Of a stretch of DNA of 64,000 nucleotides, positions 9,147 through 18,341 are shown in pieces (within the stretch, counting starts at the first letter, position 1; every line of letters starts with the position of its first letter). Source of the DNA: a virus. The translations under genes were made by a program, and so were the position numbers. The notes below the pieces were generated by a model. The model was not told where the DNA came from, ran no database searches, and saw nothing but the letters and a program-made list of their open reading frames with translations. The stretch covers positions 32,001-96,000 of IMG/VR virus record IMGVR_UViG_3300044846_004119; one strand, written 5' to 3'.

Positions 9147-10181
9147 ATGCCATTACCTAAAATTAAAAAAAACATTCCTTTGACACAGTCAAAAACTCTT
9201 TTACCTAGAAGACAGGAATTGGTTGATAAGATTAATAGGGATGGTACCTATCTCCCTAAATCAATATTACATGCCGACTTGGACGGTGGGTTTTTAAATT
9301 TTGTTAAAACAGATTTAAAAACTGTTGTTGACGGAAAGGTAATACCTATGGTTGATATTTTAGTTACAACTCAGAATTGGTCTCAATTCACGGAAACTTG
9401 GAACATTCAAAATATTGATAAAAATGTCGAGCCCCCATTCATAACAGTTGTTCGTATTCCTGAAGTTAAGTTTGGAACTAATCCCGCAACACTATACAAT
9501 ATTCCTAATAGAAAACAATATTTCTACGCACAAGTACCTACTTGGGACGGACAAAGACACGGAGCGGACATTTATAAAATACCACAACCTGTACCTGTTG
9601 ATATAACATATAATGTTAAGATAGTATGTAATAGAATGAGAGAACTAAACAGTTTCAATAAAAATGTAATTGAGATGTTTGCGTCAAAACAAGCCTATAC
9701 TGTGATTAAAGGACATTATATTCCAATAGTAATGGGTAATATTAGTGATGAATCGGTATTTGATTTGGAAAAAAGAAAATATTATGTACAAAGTTATGAA
9801 TTTATATTACTTGGTTTTTTAATTGATGAAGATGAGTTTGAAGTTTCTCCAGCAATTTCAAGAGTATTACAAGTTGTTGAGTTTGAAACACAGACAACAA
9901 GAAAACAACCAAAAAAACTTTCAAACCCCGCAAGTACAACTTTAGATGTTTTATTTGTCGTTGGAAATAATATTATTACACAAATTTTTGATTATACTGT
10001 TGACCTAAATTTAGGTGAAACCGATAATGTTGAATCGTTTGAGGTGTACATTAATAACGACTATTATGGCTCTGATATTGAACAAATTCAAATAAACACT
10101 AACGACACTCTTAAATTAATTATTGTTAAAAATGATGACACAAAAGACAGTATAATTAAGCTCAATAATCTATTGGTTTAA
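9147..10181 (+). CDS. gp15: Tail terminator / sheath stabiliser, T4 gp15-like
   Basis: PVPVDITYNVKIVCNRMRELNSF resembles gp15 PVPYNIGFELSIFTR; lies just upstream of the sheath gene. Confidence 0.7.
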   Translation: MPLPKIKKNIPLTQSKTLLPRRQELVDKINRDGTYLPKSILHADLDGGFLNFVKTDLKTVVDGKVIPMVDILVTTQNWSQFTETWNIQNIDKNVEPPFITVVRIPEVKFGTNPATLYNIPNRKQYFYAQVPTWDGQRHGADIYKIPQPVPVDITYNVKIVCNRMRELNSFNKNVIEMFASKQAYTVIKGHYIPIVMGNISDESVFDLEKRKYYVQSYEFILLGFLIDEDEFEVSPAISRVLQVVEFETQTTRKQPKKLSNPASTTLDVLFVVGNNIITQIFDYTVDLNLGETDNVESFEVYINNDYYGSDIEQIQINTNDTLKLIIVKNDDTKDSIIKLNNLLV

Positions 10182-10342
10182 TTCTCTCCGTATATATCGG
10201 GTTTTCCTTTACATTTCTCAACAATAAGTCTTTCTAAGAAACGATACATCTTTATCCCTCTTTTTTCACAATAGGTCTTTAAGATATCATGAGCTTCAAT
10301 CGATATCTTTAAATTCTTTATTTTTTTTTCGTTGTTATCCAT
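10178..10342 (-). CDS. Small ribbon-helix-helix DNA-binding protein (not in ORF track)
   Basis: Manual translation, 54 aa: MDNNEKKIKNLKISIEAHDILKTYCEKRGIKMYRFLERLIVEKCKGKPDIYGEN. Beta strand KNLKIS plus two helices is the CopG/Arc pattern; own TATTTAT motif at 10377-10383 (-). Confidence 0.72.
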   Translation of the reverse strand: MDNNEKKIKNLKISIEAHDILKTYCEKRGIKMYRFLERLIVEKCKGKPDIYGEN

Positions 10343-10376
10343 GGTAGAAAAAAGGCAGAATTTATTCTCCCTAATA

Positions 10377-10383
10377 ATAAATA
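10377..10383 (-). promoter_or_regulatory. TATTTAT late-type promoter motif of the RHH gene
   Basis: GTATTTATTA on the minus strand, divergent from the sheath promoter. Confidence 0.5.
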
Positions 10384-10390
10384 CTTATAG

Positions 10391-10427
10391 GAAAGTAAAG
10401 TGTTTTGGTTTTTTTTATAATATTTAT
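10391..10427 (+). promoter_or_regulatory. Bipartite sheath promoter GAAAGTAAAG-N20-TATTTAT
   Basis: GAAAGTAAAG 10391-10400 and TATTTAT 10421-10427; same 10-mer and same spacing before the tube gene. Confidence 0.6.
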
Positions 10428-10462
10428 CAATAAAATAAATTAATTAAGAAAACACAAGACTA

Positions 10463-13400
10463 ATGGCAACAAACAGTAAAGTATTTGTATCACCTGGAGT
10501 GTATACTTCTGAAGTCGATTTAAGTTTCGTAGCACAGAGTGTAGGGGTTACTACACTAGGTATTGTAGGGGAGACATTAAAAGGTCCAGCCTTCGAACCT
10601 ATTTTTATTACAAACTTCGACGAATTCTCAACTTACTTTGGGGGAAGTTCTCCCGAAAAATTCATAAATACTCAAATACCAAAATATGAAGCGGCGTATA
10701 TCGCTAAATCTTATTTACAACAATCTAACCAATTGTTTGTTACAAGAATATTAGGTTTATCAGGGTATGATGCGGGTCCATCATGGACAATAACAACTAA
10801 AGCAAACGTAGACCCAGCAACAGTAGATTTCTATTGTGAAAGTGCTACTACGGTTAACTGTATTGACACATGTGTTGATTATAAAGTAGTTGACTTTGCA
10901 ATTGATTTCTCAGGTTGTAATAACAGTTTTGGTTCAATATCATTTATTAACCCAACACAAATTCCGGCAGAAATTGCTGAAAAATTAGACATTCCTTACG
11001 AATTGTTTGATGGAAGTTTATCAACTGTTCGTACAAACATGACTAACCAAATTTTTGATATTCTAAACGAACCGTCTTCAGAAAACACCTCTATTTATTA
11101 TTACGGACCAATTTCAGGAGAAACTTACGAAGCGTTTAGTCCTATCTTTACTGCAGAAACAAATGTATATGGTGTTAATAATGTTGACGCTAACCTTATT
11201 GATTACGCGGCACCAGAAAATGACCCTTGGTATTATAGTTTATTTGATAATCTTGGTAGTGCGGCATATAGTGGATATTCATTTTGGTCTATTGTCACAG
11301 GTTTGACTTTAACACCACCTGTTATAACAACGACAACAACATTACCAGGAACAACAACAACAACAACAACAAATCCTTGTATTACACCAACCCCAATATC
11401 AACAACAACTACAACAACTGCTGCACCTGTTAATTGTTATACAGGAACTTTAATTGGTAGAATTTATGTGTTTTCAGGAACTGCGTTTACTGATTATGAT
11501 GATTTAGTAATTGCAACACTTCGTTCAAGAGGTTTGGCGACATACTCAACAGATGATGGACCTGTTTATGAGGTTAGCGGATTAACAGATGTTACTATGG
11601 ATTGTTTAGGTGCATATTCAGGTGTAACTAAAAATCCATACGCAACATTTGGTATTAATATTACAAATAAAGATGGTAACACGTATTTCTTTGAAACATC
11701 ATTCCAAAATTCTGACCCTAAGTATTTACCAAAAGTATTTGGTTCATCTAACTTTGCAAAACCAAGAACAGTAGTTCCTTTATTTGTTGAAGAAAGATTC
11801 CAAGCTTTATTAAACTACGGATGGAGAAAAGGGTTTATTAGAGGTTTAAGTTGTAACTTAACAGCTTTACCTAACGCAAGACAAGGTTCTGACCCTACAT
11901 CAATCGCTTGGTATTTAGAACAATATCAATCACCAACATCACCGTGGGTAGTATCGGAATTAAGAGGTAACAAAGTTTACAACTTATTTAAATTTACAAC
12001 AATTGCTGATGGTGAGGCGGCTAACACGGAGGTTAAAATTTCAATAGCAAATATTTCATTTAACAATGGAACATTTGACGTATTAGTTAGAGATTTCTTT
12101 GATTCGGACTCAAGTCCAGTTGTTATTGAAAAATTCACTAACTGTAATATGGACCCTAATGATAATGCGTTCATTGCGAAGAAAATTGGCACTATTGACG
12201 GTGAGTATGAATTGAATTCTAAATACGTTATGATTGAACTTAATGAAGACGCACCAATTGACGCATTACCTTGTGGATTCTTAGGATTTAATTTTAGAGA
12301 ATATGCGGGTGTTAGACCTCCATTCCCAATTATTAAACAAAAATATGATTTTCCAGGTGAGGTAGTATATAATCCACCATTTGGTTTATCTTCAGGAGCT
12401 GACGATATTACAAGAAGTAATGGTGATAATGTACGTAGAACTTATTTAGGTATTTCTGATACTATAGGTATTGACGTTGATTACTACTATTACAAAGGTA
12501 AACAACTTCCTTTAGATATTTGTAGTGATTCTACGGGTGAAGATTGGAACTTTAGAAGTAGAGGATTCCATATGGATATTGATGCAAGTGGTATTACTAT
12601 AGCTAATGCATTTGTAACAAGTGGAACCCCAGCATTCTATTGTGGTAGTGCACCGTTTACTAAAGACCCTGATACAGAAGCTAACCCTTACTACAGAATT
12701 TTTGCTCGTAAGTTCTCATTCTTAGTACAAGGAGGATTTGACGGATGGGATATCTATAGAGAACATAGAACAAACAGTGATAGATTCGTATTAGGTAGAA
12801 ATGGATACTTAAAAGGTTCATGTCCATCAATCAAATATCCTACGGCGACAGGTTGGGGAGCATTTAAACAAATTACGGTTGGAGATAACACACAAGGTTA
12901 CGCTAACACCGATTACTACGCTTACTTATTAGGACAAAAAACTTTTGTTAATCCTGAAGCGGTTAATATTAATTTATTTGTTACACCTGGTGTCGATTAT
13001 GTAAATCATTCTGACTTAGTTGGAAGTGCGGTTGATATGATTGAAAATGATAGAGCTGACTCACTTTATGTTTGTACAACTCCTGACTTCAACATGTTTG
13101 TTCCAACAACAACTAATACGCAGGATTTAATTTATCCACAAGAAGCTGTTGATAATTTAGACACTGCAGGAATAGACTCTAACTATACCGCAACTTACTA
13201 CCCATGGGTATTAACAAGAGATACTGTAAACAACACACAAATCTATCTACCTGCAACTGCTGAGGTTACAAGAAACTTAGCTTTAACAGATAACATAGCA
13301 TTCCCTTGGTTTGCCGCGGCGGGTTACACAAGAGGTATTGTAAATGCTATTAAAGCACGTAAGAAGTTAACACAAGAAGATAGAGATACTTTATATCAAG

Positions 13401-13798
13401 GTCGTCTTAACCCAATTGCAACCTTCTCTGATGTTGGAACTGTAATTTGGGGTAATAAAACACTACAAGTTAGACAATCAGCTCTTGATAGAATTAACGT
13501 AAGAAGATTATTACTTCAAGCTCGTAAATTAATTTCTGCGGTGTCTGTAAGATTACTGTTTGAACAAAACGACCAAAAAGTAAGACAAGATTTCTTAGAT
13601 GCGGTTAACCCTATATTAGACGCAATCAGAAGAGACAGAGGTTTATACGATTTCCGTGTAACAGTTTCTTCAGATGCTGCTGACTTAGATAGAAACCAAA
13701 TGACGGGTAAAATCTACGTTAAACCTACAAAGTCGTTAGAATTTATAGACATTACGTTCTATATTACTCCAACAGGTGCATCTTTTGAGAACATCTAA
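10463..13798 (+). CDS. gp18: Contractile tail sheath protein with large insertions
   Basis: N-terminus FVSPGVYTSEVDLS..GIVGETLKGP; C-terminus WFAAAGYTRG, LYQGRLNPI, VIWGNKTL, RINVRRLL, LFEQND, KPTKSLEFIDITF; 1111 aa. Confidence 0.96.
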   Translation: MATNSKVFVSPGVYTSEVDLSFVAQSVGVTTLGIVGETLKGPAFEPIFITNFDEFSTYFGGSSPEKFINTQIPKYEAAYIAKSYLQQSNQLFVTRILGLSGYDAGPSWTITTKANVDPATVDFYCESATTVNCIDTCVDYKVVDFAIDFSGCNNSFGSISFINPTQIPAEIAEKLDIPYELFDGSLSTVRTNMTNQIFDILNEPSSENTSIYYYGPISGETYEAFSPIFTAETNVYGVNNVDANLIDYAAPENDPWYYSLFDNLGSAAYSGYSFWSIVTGLTLTPPVITTTTTLPGTTTTTTTNPCITPTPISTTTTTTAAPVNCYTGTLIGRIYVFSGTAFTDYDDLVIATLRSRGLATYSTDDGPVYEVSGLTDVTMDCLGAYSGVTKNPYATFGINITNKDGNTYFFETSFQNSDPKYLPKVFGSSNFAKPRTVVPLFVEERFQALLNYGWRKGFIRGLSCNLTALPNARQGSDPTSIAWYLEQYQSPTSPWVVSELRGNKVYNLFKFTTIADGEAANTEVKISIANISFNNGTFDVLVRDFFDSDSSPVVIEKFTNCNMDPNDNAFIAKKIGTIDGEYELNSKYVMIELNEDAPIDALPCGFLGFNFREYAGVRPPFPIIKQKYDFPGEVVYNPPFGLSSGADDITRSNGDNVRRTYLGISDTIGIDVDYYYYKGKQLPLDICSDSTGEDWNFRSRGFHMDIDASGITIANAFVTSGTPAFYCGSAPFTKDPDTEANPYYRIFARKFSFLVQGGFDGWDIYREHRTNSDRFVLGRNGYLKGSCPSIKYPTATGWGAFKQITVGDNTQGYANTDYYAYLLGQKTFVNPEAVNINLFVTPGVDYVNHSDLVGSAVDMIENDRADSLYVCTTPDFNMFVPTTTNTQDLIYPQEAVDNLDTAGIDSNYTATYYPWVLTRDTVNNTQIYLPATAEVTRNLALTDNIAFPWFAAAGYTRGIVNAIKARKKLTQEDRDTLYQGRLNPIATFSDVGTVIWGNKTLQVRQSALDRINVRRLLLQARKLISAVSVRLLFEQNDQKVRQDFLDAVNPILDAIRRDRGLYDFRVTVSSDAADLDRNQMTGKIYVKPTKSLEFIDITFYITPTGASFENI
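11312..11430 (+). repeat. Thr/Pro-rich mucin-like tract inside tail sheath, including (ACA)7
   Basis: Encodes TPPVITTTTTLPGTTTTTTTNPCITPTPISTTTTTTAAPV. Confidence 0.9.
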
Positions 13799-13809
13799 AA
13801 TAAAATAAC

Positions 13810-13840
13810 AAACAAGTCGACATAAAACCTCGGCTTGTTT
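13810..13840 (+). terminator. Hairpin after sheath gene (terminator or mRNA-stabilising/processing stem)
   Basis: AAACAAGTCGA / TCGGCTTGTTT, 11-bp stem with one G-U and a 9-nt loop; weak U-tail. Confidence 0.45.
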
Positions 13841-13855
13841 AGCCAAATAGTGAAA

Positions 13856-14677
13856 ATGATAAATAGAAAAAGAATAGTAGAAGGTATTGATGAAGAGGGA
13901 ACACCTGACATGAAATACTATTCATTTGATTGGGATGACAACATACTGATAATGCCAACTAAGATTATCTTAAAAGATGAGGACGGTAATAATTTTGGTA
14001 TGTCAACTGAGGATTTTGCGGAATATAGAACAGACATAGGTGAGGAACCGTTTGAATATGAAGGACATACTATTGTAGGGTTTAGTGATGAACCATTTAA
14101 ATATTTTGGGGTTGATGGAGATAAACAATTTATTGTTGACTCAATGTTAGCTAAACAAGGTCCTGCTTGGCCTGATTTTGTGGAGGCGTTAAATAACGGG
14201 TCTATTTTTTCTATCGTTACCGCTAGAGGTCACACCCCTTCGGTAATTAAAGAGGCGGTATACAACCTAATTGTTTCAAATAAAAATGGAATTAACTCAG
14301 ACGAGTTAGTTAAGAACTTAGAAAAATTTCGACACATTGCCGATGAGGGTGATTTAAATAAACGTGAAATAATTCGTGAATATTTAGACCTTTGTAGATT
14401 TTATCCTGTGAGTTATGGAGAAGGCTCGGCAACAAATCCCGAAGAAGGAAAAATTAAAGCTTTAAAAGAATTTGTTCAGTATATTAAAGAAGTTTCTGAA
14501 CAAATTAAGAAGAAAGCGTATTTAAAGAATAAAATAACTAATAACTTTTTACCTATAATTGGTTTTTCAGATGATGATTTAAGAAATGTGGAAAAAGTTA
14601 AAAGTCATTTTGAAAATGAGCCAGATAATATAATTAAGACTTATTCTACTGCAGGAGGAATTAAAAAAGAATATTAA
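13856..14677 (+). CDS. HAD-superfamily phosphatase-like protein
   Basis: Motif I FDWDDNI, motif II IVTARGH, Lys in EEGKIKA, motif IV GFSDDD. ATG 13856 preferred; track TTG 13835 lies within the hairpin. Confidence 0.7.
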   Translation: MINRKRIVEGIDEEGTPDMKYYSFDWDDNILIMPTKIILKDEDGNNFGMSTEDFAEYRTDIGEEPFEYEGHTIVGFSDEPFKYFGVDGDKQFIVDSMLAKQGPAWPDFVEALNNGSIFSIVTARGHTPSVIKEAVYNLIVSNKNGINSDELVKNLEKFRHIADEGDLNKREIIREYLDLCRFYPVSYGEGSATNPEEGKIKALKEFVQYIKEVSEQIKKKAYLKNKITNNFLPIIGFSDDDLRNVEKVKSHFENEPDNIIKTYSTAGGIKKEY

Positions 14678-14724
14678 TAAATAAAACTAGATACTTATAT
14701 GCTAAGAATAATTTTTTAAATCTT

Positions 14725-14761
14725 GAAAGTAAAGATAAAAAATTTATTTGGAGATATTTAT
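14725..14761 (+). promoter_or_regulatory. Bipartite tube promoter GAAAGTAAAG-N20-TATTTAT
   Basis: GAAAGTAAAG 14725-14734, TATTTAT 14755-14761. Confidence 0.6.
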
Positions 14762-14802
14762 AGAAAACAAAATAAACACAAAATAACAAAAAAAGAAAGA
14801 AA

Positions 14803-15291
14803 ATGGCTGATTTATTGATGAAAATGCCGATACCGTATGAACCAAAAAGACAAAACAGGTTCATTCTTCGGTTCCCAACAACATTGGGTATTAACGAATG
14901 GTTCGTTGAATCTACGTCAAGACCACATATAACTATAAACCCTGTTGAGATTCCCTTCTTAAACACTTCAACCTATGTTGCAGGTCGTTTTACTTGGGGA
15001 ACTCTTAACGTTAAATTCCGTGACCCTATTGGTCCGTCTGCGTCTCAAGCTCTTATGGAGTGGGTACGTCTATGTGCTGAATCAGTGACAGGTCGTATGG
15101 GTTATGCCGCAGGATACAAAAAGAACGTCGATTTAGAAATGTTAGACCCAACTGGTGTTGTTGTTGAGAAATGGATTTTAGAGGGAACATTCTTATCGGA
15201 TGTTAACTTTGACTCATTGGCTTATAATACAGACGCTTTAGCAAGTATCACAGCTACAATGCGAATGGACCGTTGTATATTAGTTTATTGA
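14803..15291 (+). CDS. gp19: Tail tube protein, T4 gp19-like
   Basis: 162 aa; EPKRQNRF, RP...VEIPFLN..YVAGRFTW..L..KFRD, YKKNVDLEMLDPTG.VVEKW.LEG.F; downstream of sheath. Confidence 0.93.
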   Translation: MADLLMKMPIPYEPKRQNRFILRFPTTLGINEWFVESTSRPHITINPVEIPFLNTSTYVAGRFTWGTLNVKFRDPIGPSASQALMEWVRLCAESVTGRMGYAAGYKKNVDLEMLDPTGVVVEKWILEGTFLSDVNFDSLAYNTDALASITATMRMDRCILVY

Positions 15292-15328
15292 TTTTTAACT
15301 ATTAAAATATTTCAGTCAAAATATATTT

Positions 15329-15363
15329 AAATCCACATGCTTAGGTATGTGGATTTTTTTGTT
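15329..15363 (+). terminator. Rho-independent terminator after tube gene
   Basis: AAATCCACATGC-TTAG-GTATGTGGATTT followed by a T run. Confidence 0.85.
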
Positions 15364-15416
15364 TCTATTTAAAAAAAAAGAAATTACTGTATATTTTATT
15401 ATAAAAGACAAACAAT

Positions 15417-16175
15417 ATGGACCAAAGTATCATTGACGCAGGAACGGAGAGTTTTAACTTACCTCACGATATAGTACAACTACCTTCAGGTGGTGTATTT
15501 TATAAATCAAAAAAGAAATCAATTAAAGTCGGTTACTTGACCGCAAATGACGAAAACGCTTTGATGGGGGCAACACAAATGAGTAATGATAATATCATTA
15601 TGACTTTATTACGTAGTAAAATTTATGAACACGATTTAAGACCTGAAGAATTATTGGACGGTGATATTGAGGCTATTCTTATTTTCTTACGTAACACTTC
15701 ATTTGGCCCTGAATATAAAATATCTGTAACTGACCCCAAAACAAGTAAACCTTTTTCACATACAGTAGTATTGGATGAGTTAAACATTAAAAAAACACAA
15801 CACCAACCTGACGAAAATGGTGTTTTTACAACAACATTACCGAAATCAGGAGTTTCGGTTAAATTAAAACCATTAAGTTTTGCTGAAACAACTGAAATCA
15901 GTAAAATGGCTGACCAATATCCTGTAGGACGAACGGCGCCAGTCATTACTTGGAGACTAGCAAAACAAATTATTGAAATTAACGGGAATGATTCCAAGGA
16001 ACAAATTTCAAATTTCGTTAACTCAATGCCAATTATGGATTCTAAGTATATCCGTAATTTTATTAGAGAAAATCAACCTTCATTAGATTTAGTAAAATCA
16101 GTAAAAGCCCCTTCAGGAGACTTGGTATCTTTCGAGATTACCTTTGGGGTGGAGTTTTTTCGGCCTTTCTTCTAA
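15417..16175 (+). CDS. Tail/baseplate assembly chaperone (T4 gp26/gp51-like)
   Basis: 252 aa between tube and tape measure; VQLPSGG.FY, LLDGDIEAILIFLRNTSFGPEY, ends FGVEFF, as in T4-like hub assembly proteins. Confidence 0.7.
   Translation: MDQSIIDAGTESFNLPHDIVQLPSGGVFYKSKKKSIKVGYLTANDENALMGATQMSNDNIIMTLLRSKIYEHDLRPEELLDGDIEAILIFLRNTSFGPEYKISVTDPKTSKPFSHTVVLDELNIKKTQHQPDENGVFTTTLPKSGVSVKLKPLSFAETTEISKMADQYPVGRTAPVITWRLAKQIIEINGNDSKEQISNFVNSMPIMDSKYIRNFIRENQPSLDLVKSVKAPSGDLVSFEITFGVEFFRPFF
16154..16163 (+). other. Putative programmed +1 (or -2) ribosomal frameshift site G_TTT_TTT_CGG
   Basis: T6 run followed by a CGG Arg codon five codons before the stop; the +1 frame stays open to 16320. 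Confidence 0.6.
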
Positions 16176-16320
16176 TCACAAACAATTTTTAATTGAGGAG
16201 TATTATTTTTTGGCGAGATTTATAAGATTATCTTATACTGAATTTCACATTATGCCAACTTATATGCGAAAGTACCTAATCGATAGAATTATTGAGGACA
16301 ATACACCTAAAAACGGTTAG
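16162..16320 (+). CDS. Frameshift-extension segment of the tail chaperone (not in ORF track)
   Basis: 52 aa GLSSNHKQFLIEEYYFLARFIRLSYTEFHIMPTYMRKYLIDRIIEDNTPKNG; resembles the T4 gp51 C-terminus (YSLNSIMKMIPAERGFVLKLIE); fills the gap before the tape measure gene. Confidence 0.65.
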   Translation, partial: GLSSNHKQFLIEEYYFLARFIRLSYTEFHIMPTYMRKYLIDRIIEDNTPKNG

Positions 16321-16337
16321 TAAAATTGTTTTTGGTG

Positions 16338-16344
16338 TATTTAT
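16338..16344 (+). promoter_or_regulatory. TATTTAT late-type promoter motif
   Basis: 20 nt before tape measure ATG 16365. Confidence 0.6.
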
Positions 16345-16364
16345 ACATATATAATATTTAAACT

Positions 16365-18302
16365 ATGGCAGGACCTGAAGATAACGAACTTGGCGGTGAC
16401 TTTTTAAGTAAAGTCCAAGGAGCCCTCGAACAGAGTGTTGGTAGAATTACCGACGCTTTGGCAACTAATTTACGTGCTGGTGATATTGCGAAACAAATTC
16501 AAGAAATTGATGATAAAGCGACAACCATTGTTAAATCTTTTGGTCAAGGTCGTGAAAACATTGTTAATTTAAAGGCCGCTATGGCCGATGCGGCCTCTGA
16601 AGTTGAACGAATGGGGGGTAGTTTTGATAATATTGTCACTATCCAAAAAGACGTTGCCGAAGCATTAGGCAGAAATTTAATACTAACATCAAGTTCTTAT
16701 AAAGATTTATATGCAACTGCCGAAGTTACAGGTGAATCCGCAAAAACCCTTGTCACTAATTTTAAAGCTGCGGGTATGTCCGTATACCAAGTGGCGGGTG
16801 AAATGAATAAAGTTGTTAATGTTGCTAGAGAGTCAGGTGTTAACGCTCAGGCGGTTAGTAAAGAGGTTCTTTCAAACATGACCGCATTAAATCAATTTAA
16901 TTTTGCGGGTGGTGTTACAGGTTTGGCTAAGATGGCGGCCCAAGCGTCGTTATTAAGAGTTGATATGAATAGGACTCTTACATTGGCGGATGACTTATTT
17001 AGTCCTGATAAGGCAATTGAATTAGCGGCATCTATGCAAAGATTAGGTGTTGCAAATTCTGAATTATTAGACCCTTTACGTTTAATGGATATGGCTCAGA
17101 ATGACCCCGCTGAACTTCAAAACCAAATCTCAAAAATGAGTGAACAGTTTGTTCAATTGGGTGAGGACGGTAAGTTTGAAATTATGCCAGGTGCTAAAAG
17201 ACAATTAATGGAGGTTGAAAAGTCTTTGGGTATGAATAAAGGTGAATTAGCTAAAATGGCGTTAGCAAGTGCTGAGGTTGCGGATAAAATGCAAAAAATT
17301 AAATTCCCGTCAAGTTTTACTGAAGAAGAAAAAGGGTTAATTGCGGGTATGGCCGAAATGGGTGCTGGTGGAGAGTATAAAATTCAATTAGGTGACGAAG
17401 AATTAGGTATTAATGAAGCAATTGAAAAACTACAAAAAGACCCTGACCAAATGAAGGCTCTTAAAGAAATGGCTCAACCAAAAACTATGGAGGATTTAGC
17501 CAAAGACCAACTAACAATTTCAAAATCTATGGATAAGTCGTTAGAGTCTATTGCCAATAGAACAGGACGAGCATTGGCTGGTAGTAAAATTGCTAATCAA
17601 GCCTTAGAAGCTCCAAAACTATTATACGATGCGGGAGCTGAAGCCTTATCTGGGGATAAATTAAGTAGTAGAAATATTAGAAGTGGTTTAGGTTCAGGGG
17701 CAGAAGAAGTTTTAGGTTCAATTAACAAGATATTTAAAGGTGAAGGTTCTTTAAGTGATACTTTTAATGTGGTTAAAGATAGTATGTCAACTAGTGCCAA
17801 ATTTGTAGACGGAGCTTGGTCTCAGGCATTAGATAAGGGGGCCGCAGCGGCATCAAATTTGGCAAAAGAACAAAACATTTTTCTTGAAATGTTACAAAAT
17901 GGTAGTAAAAAATTAGGTAATGCTTTTATGACTTCCGAAAATATACCCACAACAACTGCGAAAGATATGTTAAAGTTACCTGGTCAAAATGTTGAATTTT
18001 TACCTGAAGATACCTTAGCGTCGTTCACTAAAGGTAAGGATGTTTTATCTGCGTTAATGGGTTCTAATAATAGAAACGAACCCCCAACACAAAGAATGAC
18101 CGATTCAGGGCCTGTTAATATTAATTTAAACATAACCGCACCTTCAAATATTGATACTTCTCAACTTATGTTAGCCTTTGAAAATTCAGGAGTTAAAGAA
18201 GCCATGGTTACTGCGGTTACTAAAGGTCGATATAATAATGGATTAACCGCCCCAACATCTAATCAAACACAATTGATGGAAATGGCAAGTATGAGAGTCT
18301 AA
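16365..18302 (+). CDS. Tail tape measure protein
   Basis: 645 aa, Ala/Gly/Met/Leu-rich helical composition, canonical position after tube and chaperone. Confidence 0.72.
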   Translation: MAGPEDNELGGDFLSKVQGALEQSVGRITDALATNLRAGDIAKQIQEIDDKATTIVKSFGQGRENIVNLKAAMADAASEVERMGGSFDNIVTIQKDVAEALGRNLILTSSSYKDLYATAEVTGESAKTLVTNFKAAGMSVYQVAGEMNKVVNVARESGVNAQAVSKEVLSNMTALNQFNFAGGVTGLAKMAAQASLLRVDMNRTLTLADDLFSPDKAIELAASMQRLGVANSELLDPLRLMDMAQNDPAELQNQISKMSEQFVQLGEDGKFEIMPGAKRQLMEVEKSLGMNKGELAKMALASAEVADKMQKIKFPSSFTEEEKGLIAGMAEMGAGGEYKIQLGDEELGINEAIEKLQKDPDQMKALKEMAQPKTMEDLAKDQLTISKSMDKSLESIANRTGRALAGSKIANQALEAPKLLYDAGAEALSGDKLSSRNIRSGLGSGAEEVLGSINKIFKGEGSLSDTFNVVKDSMSTSAKFVDGAWSQALDKGAAAASNLAKEQNIFLEMLQNGSKKLGNAFMTSENIPTTTAKDMLKLPGQNVEFLPEDTLASFTKGKDVLSALMGSNNRNEPPTQRMTDSGPVNINLNITAPSNIDTSQLMLAFENSGVKEAMVTAVTKGRYNNGLTAPTSNQTQLMEMASMRV

Positions 18303-18318
18303 AAATAAACATAATGTC

Positions 18319-18325
18319 TATTTAT
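18319..18325 (+). promoter_or_regulatory. TATTTAT late-type promoter motif
   Basis: 16 nt before ATG 18342. Confidence 0.6.
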
Positions 18326-18341
18326 AATAAAATTATAGAAA

